Shown: positions 1-12,790 of the stretch, one piece after another | How the letters are laid out: each line of letters opens with the position of its first letter | How positions within the stretch are numbered: position 1 is the stretch's first letter | Source of the DNA: Octopus sinensis | Lineage: Eukaryota | Assembly (NCBI RefSeq): GCF_006345805.1 | Contig: NC_043020.1 | Location: 62,001-126,000, forward strand | DNA length: 64,000 nt | Direction of reading: 5' to 3' | The notes under the pieces: model-generated | Seen by the model: only the letters and a program-made list of their open reading frames with translations | Database searches by the model: none | Told to the model about the DNA's origin: nothing | Program-made: the position numbers and the translations under genes

Positions 1-99
1 CAGTTTGATATGAGAAGATATGGAATGAAGAGTATCTGGCCATAGCATATTGCTTAAGGAAGTCTTATTCAGCCTGTAAAAATAAGTTCCCTGGACATC

Positions 100-335
100 A
101 GTCTTAAGTCCTTGGACTCCTGGTTTGTTATCCAGCTTCCACAGTGTTATAAGTGACCGAGATCAGAACATTTCCTCTGAATGGGACACTAGTCCCATTT
201 ACAACGGAGTGCACTTAAGCAATGTGAAAGGACATGTTTTGTTTAAGAACATGATACACCACCTGATTCAGGAATTGAAACTGCTATCATGCAATCGTAA
301 GTGCAACATCTTAACCACTTGGCAACATGCCTTCA
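100..335 (-). mobile_element. Old tRNA-derived SINE, V-domain-like family
   Basis: Minus strand has a degenerate A/B-box head (tgccaagtggttaag...gtttcaattcc); body resembles copies at 3850-4168 and 55190-55420. Confidence 0.5.
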
Positions 336-1588
336 CTCAACCAAGCTATGCCAGCCTGGAAACAGCAAGCAGCTACAATGATGTTGTTGACCTTAGAGTA
401 GTAGATTGGTAAAAAAAAAGAAATCATTTAGGGATATTTCATTGGAAAAAAAACATGGGGATATTTCATTGCAGCATTGTTGCTCCTTTTGTTCTGAGTG
501 TAAGTCCTGCCAACCTCAACCTTACTTTTCATCCTTTGGTGGGAGCAGGTGTCAATAAAATACGTATCAGTCCAATACCGCGATTAACCTAATTACTTAA
601 CCTCCCCTCTGCCCCCTAAATTAGTGACATTACACTTACATTACAAATCCATACATGTTTTTAACCTTGATAATGGGAAACCATTTTTGCTTTCCATTGC
701 TTATTTTTTATTCTTTTTTTCCTCTCCATTCGTTGATGTGAGGCTATTTTTGTCATTCTAAATTAGTTGTAACAACTTTCTAATTGTAGACCTGCTCTAC
801 TTCCGTGTGTTTGTATTAAATATAGTCTTTCGTTGTCTAATTTAGATCATGCACTGTAAAAACTGTCATAATAATTTCCTACTTGTTCTGTCGATTCTTA
901 TTAATTCACATTAAACCTTCACACGAGTACATAATCGTTGCTACAAATGGACTGTTGATGAATATAGATTTTGACATTTAACTCTCTTGTAACTTCTAGT
1001 CTTGTATATTTATTCTTTCTCTGGTTTCACTCATTGGACTGCGGCCATTCTGGGGGCACTGTACAGTTTAATGTAATTGCTGTTGTGCCATTGTGTGTTT
1101 GTAAATTCTGTTCCTAAAGTGTGTGCAGCATTATCTTTCAGAGGTATTCTTATATTCTTTTACTTGTTTCAGTCATTTTGACTGTAACCATGCTGGAGCA
1201 CCGCCTTGCATTGTTTTAGTCGAACAAATCAACACAATATTAAAAGTGTGTTTATAATGCAGAAAAACCAAAAGGCAAAACAAAACAAAACAAATAAACC
1301 TGTCTTGAAAAACATTTGATCAACTCTACCTCCTGACCTGTCATTCGTAGGTTCAAATTTCACTAAATCATTGATCATAAATCATTTCTACCTTATATGA
1401 CAAAGCAAAATGGCTTTCGTCATGCAGCAATTGTTCGGTTATATTTATTGTAGTGTGATGTGCTGTGAACGTGAGGTCCTAATTCTGCTTTGCCTTGATG
1501 AATCTGGAAAGAAATTTCTTCTAGTGGTTGACTGGAAAGGTTTACAAAGATTGACATTAAGAATTGTTAGCATGTTACACAAAATATA

Positions 1589-1980
1589 GGCGTAGGAGTG
1601 GCTGTGTGGTAAGTAGCTTGCTTACCAACTACATGGTTCCGGGTTCAGTCCCATTGCGTGGCACCTTGGGCAAGTGTCTTCTGCTATAGCTTCAGGCCGA
1701 CCAAAGCCTTGTGAGTGGATTTGGTAGATGGAAACTGAAAGAATCCTGTTGTATATATGTATGTGTGTGTATATCTTTGTGTGTCTGTGTTTGTCCCCCC
1801 AACATCGCTTGACAACCAATGCTGGTGTGTTTACATCCCCGTAGCTTAGCAGTTTGGCAAAAAAGACCAATAGAATAAGTACTAGGCTTACAAAGAATAA
1901 GTCTTGGGGTTGATTTGCTCGACTAAAGGTGGTGCTCCAGCATGGCCACAGTCAAATGACTGAAACAAATAAAAGAGTAA
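1589..1980 (+). mobile_element. Full-length tRNA/CORE-type SINE (family A)
   Basis: Head ggagtggctgtgtggtaag...ggttcagtccc, CORE-like ccttgggcaagtgtctt, tail ggtgctccagcatggccacagtcaaatgactgaaac + aaagagt; many related copies in window. Confidence 0.85.
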
Positions 1981-2010
1981 GATACTTTGCAGCAGTTTCT
2001 GGCTTTGGAT

Positions 2011-2445
2011 GCAGGTGTGGCTGCGTGGTTAGACGTTTGTTTCTCTATCCACATGGTTTCAGGTTTAGTCCTACTGCTTGGCACCTTGGGCAAATGTCTT
2101 CTCCTTTAGCCCCAGGATGATCAAAGCCTTTTGAGTGAATTCGGTAAATGGAAACTGAAAGAAGCTTGTCACTTATATGGATGTGTGTGTGTATATGTGT
2201 TACTATCTTCTTTCCTTGACATCACCTGATAGTCGTGAGTCTCACTGCCATGCAAGCAGTGTCCTTCGTTGCCACTCTTCCATGAAAACATATCTGGTCA
2301 TGGGAGAAATATTACCTTACTTGGAAACAGTTGAAGGTTGGCAACAAAAAGGGCATCTAGCCATAGAAATTCCACTTCAACAAATTTGTTCAACTCATGT
2401 TGGCATGGAGAAGTAAATGTTAAAATGATGGATGATGATGCTGGT
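2011..2445 (+). mobile_element. SINE with family-A head but RTE-type 3' tail
   Basis: CORE-like head, then ggttggcaacaaaaagggcatctagcc and catggagaagtaaatgttaaaatgatg(gat)n as in the RTE 3' ends; similar copy at about 30090-30480. Confidence 0.6.
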
Positions 2446-2736
2446 TCTGGTCCTTTTACATCCTAAATGACCTGGCAAGGGTGGTGTTCTTGTCTATATC
2501 TAGCCAACAAGGTGGACTGTCTTGTTAAAAAGAAAAAAAAAAAACTTATGGGAAGGGAACAGGAAAGTACCTTTGTATCCTCTGTGGAAAACAAAACCCC
2601 CCCACAACATAACAATTAATATTTGTTAGTAAAATTATAAGGAGTCATTCACTGGATTTGAGTGGTGCAATGAAGGAGGGATGTAGTTGAAGGGAGATGT
2701 CTGGTTGATATTTGTAACAGGTTGACTGGCTATATA

Positions 2737-2900
2737 TGTTTCTTTATTACCCACAAGGGGCTAAACATAGAGGGGACAAACAAGGACAGACAAACGAATC
2801 AAGTCGATTACATCGACCCCAGTGCGTAACTGGTACTTAATTTATCGACCCTGAAAGTATGAAAGGCAAAGTTGAACTTGGCAGAATTTGAACCAAATAG
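2737..2900 (-). mobile_element. tRNA-derived SINE family B, partial
   Basis: Reverse complement of gactttgcctttcatcctttcggggtcgataaattaagtaccagttacgcactggggtcgat core. Confidence 0.75.
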
Positions 2901-3849
2901 TTCCCTTATGTTACCAGAAGTCTTTCTTTGTACCTGGATAGTGCAAGGAAGACAGGGTGTAGTTTCAGGGAGATTTGTAGCAGGCTGACTGACTACACAA
3001 GAGCTTCTCTCATTGGTTCACTTGAAACCATGTTAACGTAACTGGAATGATTTCTTTCTAGTAGATATTTTAGCAGTTTGATATAGTTCTATACTCTTCA
3101 TATAAAATTCACTCTGGCTTTTCACTAGCCTCTTTGATCTTTCATTGTCCAATAAAAAGTACTTTGATACCTATAATTCGTTAGTTTTTTTGCTTTGTTT
3201 GAGAATCAAAACATAAACGCGGTATGTTCTTGTTAGAAATATGATCATAAAAGCGTTAAACATGGTAGTTTTCAACTTTTGAAATTTAGAACCATCAGAA
3301 AGAATTCTTCAAAAAAAAAAAAAATTTCTACTCTTATAAGTTTTAATACGTGTTGGACTAATACACAAAGAGAACATTGTCACACTAACATTGTTGATAG
3401 AATTAGTTTAATCTTTTACTGGAAGAAAGAAAATACAAGTTTATTGATTTTAGTCTATTCACTCAATGAGCAACATTTGGTCTACTTTTTTTTTTTTTTG
3501 CTTTATTATTCAAAATAAAAGTTTATTCAATGAGTGCTTGTCCTTTCAACATAAAGAATATATTTTTTTATGAGATCTCTGAAAAATGCTTAAGGCTAAG
3601 TTATTAAAATTTTCCAACTTGTAAAGATTAAAAAAAAAAAAAAATGTAAAAAAAAAATTTTTTAAAAACCCACTTCTGGTTTCATAAAAAAAAAAACCAC
3701 AACTTGTTATCATTCATTTTTTATTTGTTGAATTTATTGAACTTTCTTTAGTAAGTGATGTTGTGTAGTAGGAAGATCTCAGCAAATTGGATTGGGGATT
3801 ATGCAGTTCAATCACCAATAAGAATCATTTTGTGTACTTTAACCCTTTA

Positions 3850-4168
3850 TTATTGATTTATTTATGCGCCCTTTTCAAGCCTAGCCAGGCTCATGGGCCC
3901 GGTTTCCGGTTTCTATGGTGTATGTGTTCCCCCCCAGCTAGGCAGGACGCCAGTCCATCATAGCATTACTCAAGAAACAGGACGAAAGAGTGAGAGAATG
4001 TTGGGGCGTAAGAGTACAACAGGGTTTGCCACCACCCCCTGCCGAACCCTATTGGGGCTTTAGGTGTTTTCGCTCAATAAACACGCACAACGCCTGATCT
4101 GGGAATTGAAACCATGATCCTGCGAATGCGAGTCTACTGCCTTAACCACTGGGCCATTGCGCCTCCAC
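3850..4168 (-). mobile_element. tRNA-derived SINE with V-domain-like core (family D)
   Basis: Minus-strand head gtggaggcgcaatggcccagtggttaagg (A box) ...gtttcaattccc (B box); core gatggactggcgtcctg resembles the V-SINE domain. Confidence 0.7.
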
Positions 4169-6248
4169 CTTTAACCCTTTAGCATTCAGATTACTCTGTC
4201 AAATGTATTGCTTATGTTCCTCCATACTGCTTGACAACCAGTTTTGGTCTGCTTACATCTCCATAACTTAGTAGTTGGACAAAAATCACCAACAGACTTA
4301 ATTACCAGACTTAAAAAATAAGTACCAAGATTGATTTGTTTGGCAAAAACTTTTCAGAGTGGTGCTGTAGCATGGCTGCAATCTAATGACTGAAATGAAT
4401 AGAAGATCAAGCAATAAACTCTTACCACTACTTACCTGTTCAGGATAACAGAATTGCAGAACTGTAGAAGGTAAACCTTAGATAACAATGGTTTTATGAA
4501 GAAGGAAAACTTCTATGCAAGGGCATCTCACACTTTTCCAGGAAAAAAAAAAACCCACTTTACCTAGGCCTATGTATACAGACACGGATATGAAATCAAC
4601 CTAAATCTGCTTAACTCTTTTGATACCAACCTGTCTGAGATCACACTTAGTTCTGATGATACAAGATTACCTGTTTTAAAGGGTTCATATTTCAATTGAA
4701 ATTTTCAATCATAATTCTATGCCTTTTATCTATTACTTGTTCCAGTCTTTGGACTGTGGCCACTCTGGGGCACCACCTTGAAAATTGACTGGAGTAGTTA
4801 TTTTTTTTAAAGTCTGATAGTTATTCTATTGACCTCTTTTGCCTAACTGCTAAGTTACAGGGACAAACAAAATAACACCAGATGTCAAGCAGCATGGGGG
4901 ATATATACACACACAGATATATACACAACAGGCTTCCACACAGTATCCATCTAGCAAATACACCCAAAATACATTGTTTGGCCTGGGGCTATTGTGGAAA
5001 TCCTAGTTAACACACAGTGGAACTGAACCTGAAGCCATGTGGTTTCAAAATGAGCTACTTAACCACACAGCTATTCCTGTTCTTTTATAAAAAAACAACT
5101 TTTGTTGTGTTCTAAATATCAGATTTATAATAAAAAGTTTATTTTACTTAATGCCTCTCCAATTTTTTAAATTTATTTAAAAGATTAATTGAAACGTGTG
5201 GATATTATATTTTTAGACATACTGTCTCTCTACATTTTCTATTGCTTCTATAATGGTCACTGCTTCTTGGAGCTGGCTAGGTTCATGCTACTTTCACTCA
5301 GGCATTCCTAACTCAATCATCTCTTGTCCTCTTATCAACCTTGTTATATTTAACCTTACGAGACCCCTTCAGTAATCTCTATGCCCAGTTGCCTTTCCCA
5401 CAGGTGTTGACTTATAAAGTTTCCAGAGGAATATTAATCGTATCAATCTCACTGGCCTTCAAAAGCCATGGACATTGCCATTTCTCCCTAGACCTAGCAA
5501 GTAAAGAAAAAAAATTCATTTAAGTTGCTTGCTCTCATTCTTTAATATCAAACTCATTCCACCCCATCAGGTGGTGTTTCTTAAGATTTCTTTCTTCAAC
5601 CAACTATCAACAACATTACATCACCTCTTCTCTGATTGCTTTATCGTTTCAGTCTTCCTAATTCTATAAGCAATAGCGGTCAATGTTTTATGAGTATAGT
5701 TACATTATAAATAGCAGTTGAGGTGAAACCAACAGGTACCTTTATTAATTAAGGCATAACTTATTAACACCTATCAATCACCGTGTGGCAACTAGATTTG
5801 ATTATTGGAGTTCTCAGCTGTGAATTTGCATTAGATTTTGCTACCTCCTCAAAATCAATTATATTCTTGTTTTTTTTTTGTTGTTTTTTTTTTTAAATAA
5901 GAATAGAATGGGTGCCATGTTTATGTCTAATAATTATTTATTAATTTAAATTTATAGCTAATTAAACTGTTAAGGAAATAAAAATGGAGAATTAGATGCA
6001 CAAGGTTAAAAGATTTTTAAGCAAGTGAGAAAAGTATTATTGGATATGCACTGGAAAGTGTATTATTTATTAACTATTATCCTTTTCAATCTGTTCAAAA
6101 TATTGAATTTTATCTTGAAACTTAGACACATTCTTAATAGTGTATTCAGAGGAAGAGGGACAGTCCCCTTGCCCCTTTAATTTTCTGTCGTTTGTACTCG
6201 GTGTAAATTAGATCTATTAATATAAATGCCTGTATATTTATACTTAAA

Positions 6249-6761
6249 CTAGCAGTATCGCCCGGCGTTGCTCGGGTTTGTAAGGGAAATAACTATATAA
6301 GCATTTTTAGAGAGTTACTTCCCTTATAGATGCCAATTCGGGCTTTCTTAGCCATTTCTGTTTTGGTATCTTCAAGCCATGAAGTCGTTGTTCTAAAAGA
6401 ACGCTGGTCTCCTTGACAACGCTTTACGACGTTGATTTCCTTACACTCCCTTCCCCACAGCTTCACGAGGGAGGGAAGAAGGGGGAGAAGCAAACAGGTG
6501 CAGATGTGAGCGTGGACGCCAACTCCGCCGCCATCAACACATGAAATATTATGCATTAAAATGGAATAAAAAATGATGTTAAATTATTTTTAAAATCGTA
6601 GACTCATTGTAGACGCGCGCTAATAGCCAGACGGGCTCGATATGAATCACGACTATAAGATACCCGAATTTGGTTAAACTGCACCGCAAAATGTGGGAGT
6701 AGTTAGGAATCTAAATCGAAGGGGACAGACACTCACACAACTACAGTTTTATATATAAAGA
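6249..6761 (-). mobile_element. Non-autonomous Helitron
   Basis: Minus strand begins A|TC and ends with hairpin cccgagcaacgccggg, 8 nt, then CTAG|T. Confidence 0.8.
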
Positions 6762-6901
6762 TATTCATCAGAAAGCCCCCACTTTCTGCTTTCTCTCACT
6801 TTGCATGTATACATATATACATATTTTGTATTTCGTACTCAAACTGTTGTATTTAATATAATTTGTTTATTCACATACATAATTGCCTCTCGCTCATATA
6901 T

Positions 6902-6943
<42 letters not shown>

Positions 6944-6959
6944 TATATATATATATATA

Positions 6960-7328
6960 CTAGCAGTATCGCCCGGCGTTGCTCGGGTTTGTAAGGGAAA
7001 CAACTATAAAGCATTTTTAGAGAGTTATAGCCAAAAATGGGAAAAAAATGATGGTAAATTTTTTTTTTAGTTAAAAAGGTCGACTGCGTCCCCTAGACAG
7101 TCTGTGGTTTGTGTTTCTGATTCTCGACCCATGTCGAATTTATCGGTTTTTTTCAGAACTGGGGGAACTTTTCAAAATTTTCGCTGCGTTAGTTTTGAAT
7201 TATGACATTGGGCTATGTGTGTGTCAAGTTTCATCAGAATCGGTTGAAAGCCGTGGTCAGGGTGAGGGTACGAGAAAACAGACACACAGAAACACACACG
7301 GACAAACTGCCGTTTATATATAGAGAGA
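6960..7328 (-). mobile_element. Non-autonomous Helitron, same 3' end but different interior
   Basis: Same hairpin+CTAG terminus (about 70 bp shared with 6249-6320), A|TC 5' end. Confidence 0.8.
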
Positions 7329-7483
7329 TATATATATATATACAAATTAGAAAATGGAGGAACAGATTCCTTTCAATCATCAATTTACAGATAATACCAA
7401 TTCATATTATTTATTAACTGATATCCCATTGTGGGTTACACTCATAACCCCTATCTCACTTTGTATATATATATATATATATT

Positions 7484-7687
7484 CAATATGTGACCTCGTG
7501 AGTACCGCCAGTGATTTTTTTTCCTCTGTCTTCCCTTCTCTGGATCTTTCCTTCTCCTATGTTTCCGACGAAGAGCTCCGCTCGAAACGTTAAACCCTCC
7601 TTCTCTCCTTCTTTCCTGAGCGTCCAATAATACTTTATTTGTTCCACGTCCTCGCATTGCTGTGTTATTTTTTGTGTTTTCTTGTTT

Positions 7688-7690
<3 letters not shown>
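7484..7690 (+). mobile_element. Short Penelope-LTR-like repeat, family E
   Basis: Homologous copy at 42690-42895; flanked by (TA)n; contains HHR-like motif. Confidence 0.6.
7561..7595 (+). ncRNA. Minimal type I hammerhead-like motif, variant core CCGACGA
   Basis: gttt-CCGACGA-a-gagc-tcc-gctc-GAAAC-GTT-aaac; stem I gttt/aaac, stem II gagc/gctc, palindromic AACGTT stem III. Confidence 0.5.
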
Positions 7691-7729
<39 letters not shown>

Positions 7730-7733
<4 letters not shown>

Positions 7734-7756
7734 TGCTTGCATTGTGAGTATATCTA

Positions 7757-7789
<33 letters not shown>

Positions 7790-7925
7790 TGCTTGCATTG
7801 TGAGTATATCTATGTATGTGTGTGTGTGTGTGTTGCTTGCATTGTGAGTATATCTATGTATATGTGTGTGTGTGTGTGTGAGTGTTGCTTGCATTGTGAG
7901 TATATCTATGTATGTGTATGTATCT
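7730..7925. repeat. Compound minisatellite, 4 units of gttgcttgcattgtgagtatatctatgtat + (TG)n
   Basis: Direct reading. Confidence 0.9.
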
Positions 7926-8181
7926 ATGTGTGTGTATACGCACACACATAGTAAAAAGTATCACAAACAGTACAATGCTATTGCCCTGGGGGTTAGAATA
8001 TTGAACATATCAGACAGTCCTTTGTCAAGATGAAGATGGCTGGAGGGAATTTTGTTTACATCTTCTAGGTACCTATACTGTGTATTAGTTTTATATCTTC
8101 TTTGCATGAGAAAGTGACTGCAGCCGATGAGGAATGAGAGATAAGAAAGAAACTAAATGCAGAGGAGAAATAGGCAAGGGT

Positions 8182-8577
8182 TACTCTCTCTTTTACTTGT
8201 TTCAGTCATTTGACTGCGGCCATGCTGGAGCACCACCTTTAATCGAGCAACTCGACCCCGGGACTTATTCTTTTGTAAGCCCAGTACTTATTCTATCGGT
8301 CTCTTTTGCTGAACCGCTAAGTGGCGGGGACATAAACACACCACCATCGGTTGTCAAGCAATGGTGGGGGGACAAACACAGACACACAAACATATACACA
8401 CATACATATACATACGACGGGCTTCTTTCAGTTTCCCTCTACCAAATCCACTCACAAGGCTTTGGTCGGCCCGAGGCTATAGTAGAAGACACTTGCCCAA
8501 GGTGCCACACTGTGGGACTGAACCCGGAACCATGTGGTTGGTAAGCAAGCTACTTACCACACAGCCACTCCTGCACC
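8182..8577 (-). mobile_element. Family A SINE inserted into the Penelope-like relic
   Basis: Reverse complement of the 1589-1980 family. Confidence 0.85.
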
Positions 8578-8667
8578 TGAAACAAAACAAAAAATTGAGG
8601 TAAGAATGGAATTAGTGAACCAAGAGGAGAGGTAAGAGTAGAAGAAAAATAAAGTTCTTTTAAACTT

Positions 8668-8961
8668 TTACAGGTGGCAAGGTGGGTGGGGGGCAGACAT
8701 GGTTTTGAGTTTGAATATGAAACATTCCTTCTATTTCCTTGAGTGTGTGGATTCATGATTTGTGGAAATGTCACACACTGATAAGTGAGTAATGGAGTGG
8801 TCCGTTGTGTTAAAGTTGTTGGTGACAGGTTGGCCAGGGATACAGTAAGTAATGGTCTTCTTCCGAAAGTGCTCCTCGTTGTGATTGGCAAGGTGACAGC
8901 CTGTTTGTCCAAGACCACCACCAAGTTTGCAGATGAAGCAGTGTATAAAGAAAATGTGCAA
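8668..8961 (-). pseudogene. Decayed GIY-YIG endonuclease of a Penelope-like retroelement
   Basis: FFIHCFIC...LGQTGCHLANHNEEHFR...PVTNNFNTTDHSITHLSVC...SRK*KECFIFKLKT resembles the PLE pattern IYCIxC..YIGQTGRxLxxRFxEH..PVxxHFN...R..E..IFxLxT; one in-frame stop at 8731-8733. Confidence 0.7.
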
Positions 8962-9205
8962 CAGAGCTTTAGGTTAATATGGTGTGTATGTATATATATG
9001 TGTGTGTGTGTATATGTATATGTGTGTGTGTGTGTATATATGTATATGTGTGTGTGTGAGTATATGTGTGTATATGTATATATATATAGTGTGTGTGTGT
9101 GTGTGTATATATGTATATATCTATATATATATATATATAGTGTGTATGCATATATGTGTGTATATGTATATATATATAGTGTGTGTGTGTATATATGTAT
9201 ATATA

Positions 9206-9243
<38 letters not shown>

Positions 9244-9746
9244 TGTATGCATATATGTGTGTGTGTGTGTATATGCATATATGTATATACATACACTTGT
9301 ACCCATACATAATGTGTATGTATGCATACTTCTGGGTGAAACAGGAAATAAAATATTGTTGTTGTTTTGTTGTTCTGTAATGTTTCATTAGATAGTTATA
9401 GTCATCATCATCATCATCATCATCATTCTTATTAAATACAAATGATTCATGCCAAATAAATTATGTCAACACATTTAACGCATGGTAAAATCTATTGAAT
9501 CTTAATTTTAAGGTTGAAACAATAATCTGTTTTTCACTTTCCATAAGATAATATTTTTTCACCGTGAGTCAAAAAATGTTTATTAATATAGCCGCTATTG
9601 TTCGGGGTTTTGCCGATATAGCTATGCTTGCTAAAGCTTGCTAAATAGTTACATAAATAGCCACCTCTCAACACTGGTCTGTTAGTCAGATTACCAGATA
9701 GTCCTATTGCCTGATAGTGTTGACAGTCTTATGGCCATAGACAGAT

Positions 9747-10111
9747 ACTGTTGGGATAAAAAATGAGTAAGTACTGCGTGGAAGTACACCTCCTTGCTAT
9801 AATCTGTGTGGTACTTGTATTGTTTTGAGGTTCATTTCCTGCCTCTAAGCCATGGGAAACTTGTATTCTGTTTGGATAAAAAATGAATAAGTACTGCGTG
9901 GAAGTACACCTCCTTGCTATAATCTGTGTGGTACTTGTATTATTTTGAGGTTCATTTCCTGCCTCTAAGCCATGGGAAACTTGTATTCTGTTTGGATAAA
10001 AAATGAATAAGTACTGCGTGGAAGTACACCTCCTTGCTATAATCTGTGTGGTACTTGTATTATTTTGAGGTTCATTTCCTGCCTCTAAGCCATGGGAAAC
10101 TTGTATTCTGT
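9747..10111. repeat. Tandem repeat, 3 copies of a 120-bp unit
   Basis: gaagtacacctccttgctataatctg recurs at 9781, 9901 and 10021; units near-identical. Confidence 0.95.
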
Positions 10112-12328
10112 GAACTTTCTTCTACTATAAGTTGGTTTGCATACATTCTTGTATCTTAGCAGTTTGGTGCAAAGAGACTTGTAGAATACATACCTGGCTT
10201 AAGGTAATGGGAATGAAACCCTTCAAAGTGGTGCCCCAGCATGGCCACACTCCAATAGTTGAAATGTGTAAAAGAATAACATAGAGGTACAACATTCCCA
10301 TATTCAAACAATCTGATACAAGTTTATCATAATAATACATCTTAATTAAAACTGATTGATATCTTAGCATTTCTAATTTGATTAACTTGATTAATTTTTT
10401 TTCTCTCTACCATCAAACTATCTTGTTGTTGCGGTAGATAATCATCTTTCACTCTAATTTCTCATCTTACAATAATAGCTAGGTTTTGTTATATACACAC
10501 CTACCATTGCAATACCTAGACACATCATCACTGTTGTATAGTGGAGTAATTGGGGGTGTTTAAAATCTTCAAACATACACTGTCATCTCAGTGACCTATC
10601 TATAGTTGGTCAGGTATTGGCCTGTATTATGTATCTAAATGGCATTCTACTGACCTTGCCACTTTATCTCTTTGTAGCCAGAGCTATCTAGATGCTTTCT
10701 TTTTAGACTCCACTTGTAGCCAATGCTTGCCTGAAGTACCTTGCAGTGAGACTGAACTCAAAACCATGTGGTTAGGAAGCTTCTTAACCATGCAGCCTGT
10801 AAATATACACATGTACATGTGTATGCATACACACACACACACACACTCACACACATGAACAAAAATGGGAAACCTGCTCTTCAGGCTACTCTATGACTAA
10901 TGGGTTTTAATTATATTTTACTATTTTCTGTGAAGTTCTTTCAAGCATAACAGCTTTTATTTATGGAATTATAGAATCATTAGAGCATTGGAAAAAAAAA
11001 CATGCTTCATAGCACTGGTTTTGGCTGTCTTCAACATGAGGTCACCAATGTTGTCAACTTCTCACCTCCCACTAAAATTGCTGACCTTGTACTTAAACTG
11101 GAAATAATTCTTTATTGTATAATCATAGTGTCTCAAATTGTTCACGTGCTGGAAATATAAGCAGTTTTTGAACAATTTTGTGACACTTTCTAATAATACA
11201 GGCATTAAGCTAAATTTTATGCTTAGATATGATCTTGGTTATTTAAATCTTCATTAAAATCCTATCTAAATCTTAGCTCTTATTATACGATATAAATATA
11301 ATGTTCATAAAATTAGAATGCTGCAAGGAAAATTGCTTAAAAAGACTTTTTTTATGTGCAAGCATGGGTCTGTGGTTAAGAAGCTCACTTTGTAACCTGG
11401 GCTGACTAATATGTTGTAAGTGAATTTGGTAGACAGACTGAAATTTGTGGTGCTATTAAGTTAGACATGGCCTGGGCCAATAATGGCCGAAATCTATCAA
11501 AGTATCAAAGTATATATATATGCAAATGTGGGCACAGGAGATACATATTTGGTCGAGTCAGTCTCTTGCTACTCTCAGCTGCACCTGTAGGCATACAATA
11601 TCTCTAGGTAAGTTGTCACAGATTATAGCAGAAGACACTTCCCCAAGGTGTCATGCAGTGGGACTGAACCTATAACCATGTGGTTGGGAAACAAACTTCT
11701 TACCACACAGCCATACCTGCCTGCATCTGTGCACACATATTTAGTAAAACTTTTCACACTATAAACACCAATTTTCATCATGCATATAAAAAAAAATATT
11801 CGTAAATGTAGTCTGTGTGTGTGTGTATGTGTGTTCCATTCATATTCTTAAGAAGTAGTAAAATTGAAAATAGTAGACAACCACAGGTGGCGCTTTGCTA
11901 ATTGGAAAACAATATCAATGCTAAACTATAGAATTATCATCTAGACAAAATCTCTTATTAACTTTACAAATATTGATTTATTTTTTTAAAAATTTTATCA
12001 CATCACATTACATGCTGACACTTTTTGGAGAGAGGGTGGAGTGGTATGAGGGTGGCTTATAATCAATTTAATCAAGCTCTGTATATATCTCTTATCTTCT
12101 ACTTGTCTCAGTTGTTGCACTGCGGTCATACTGGAGCACCGCCTTAAAAAGTTTTAGTTGAACAAATCTACCCCAGTACTGCTAAGTTATAGAGATGTAA
12201 ACAAACCAACAGCAGTGACCAAGTGGTGGCAGGGTGCACACACACACACGCACACACACAATGTACTATGGGTTTCCTCACAATTTTTGTTTACCAGACT
12301 CACAAGTATTGGTCATCCCAAGACTATT

Positions 12329-12563
12329 ACTCTTTACTCTTTTACTTGTTTCAGTCATTTGACGGTGGCCATGCTGGAGCACTGCCTTTAGTTGAGCACA
12401 TCGACCCCAGGACTTTTTCTTTGTAAGCCTAGTACTTATTCTATCGGTCTCTTTTGCCTAACCACTAAGTTACGGGGACGTAAACACACCAGCATCGGTT
12501 GTCAAGCGATGTTGGGGGTACAAACACAGACATACAAACATATACGCACACACATACATATAC

Positions 12564-12617
<54 letters not shown>

Positions 12618-12790
12618 TATATATATATACATATATATGACGGGCTTCTTTCAGTTTTTGTCTATCAAATCCACTCACAAGGCTCGAGGCTACAGTTGAA
12701 GACACTTGCCCAAGGTGCCACGCAGTGGGACTGAACCAGGAACCATGTGGTTGGTAAGCAAGCTACTTACCACACAACCACTCCTACGCC
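12329..12790 (-). mobile_element. Young family A SINE nested in an older SINE, TSD tatt
   Basis: tatt at 12325-12328 and 12791-12794; the older element resumes on both sides. Confidence 0.8.

Noticed and set aside
9747-10111. CRISPR-like array (also 56460-56885)
   Set aside because: Units are contiguous with no unique spacers, and the context is eukaryotic
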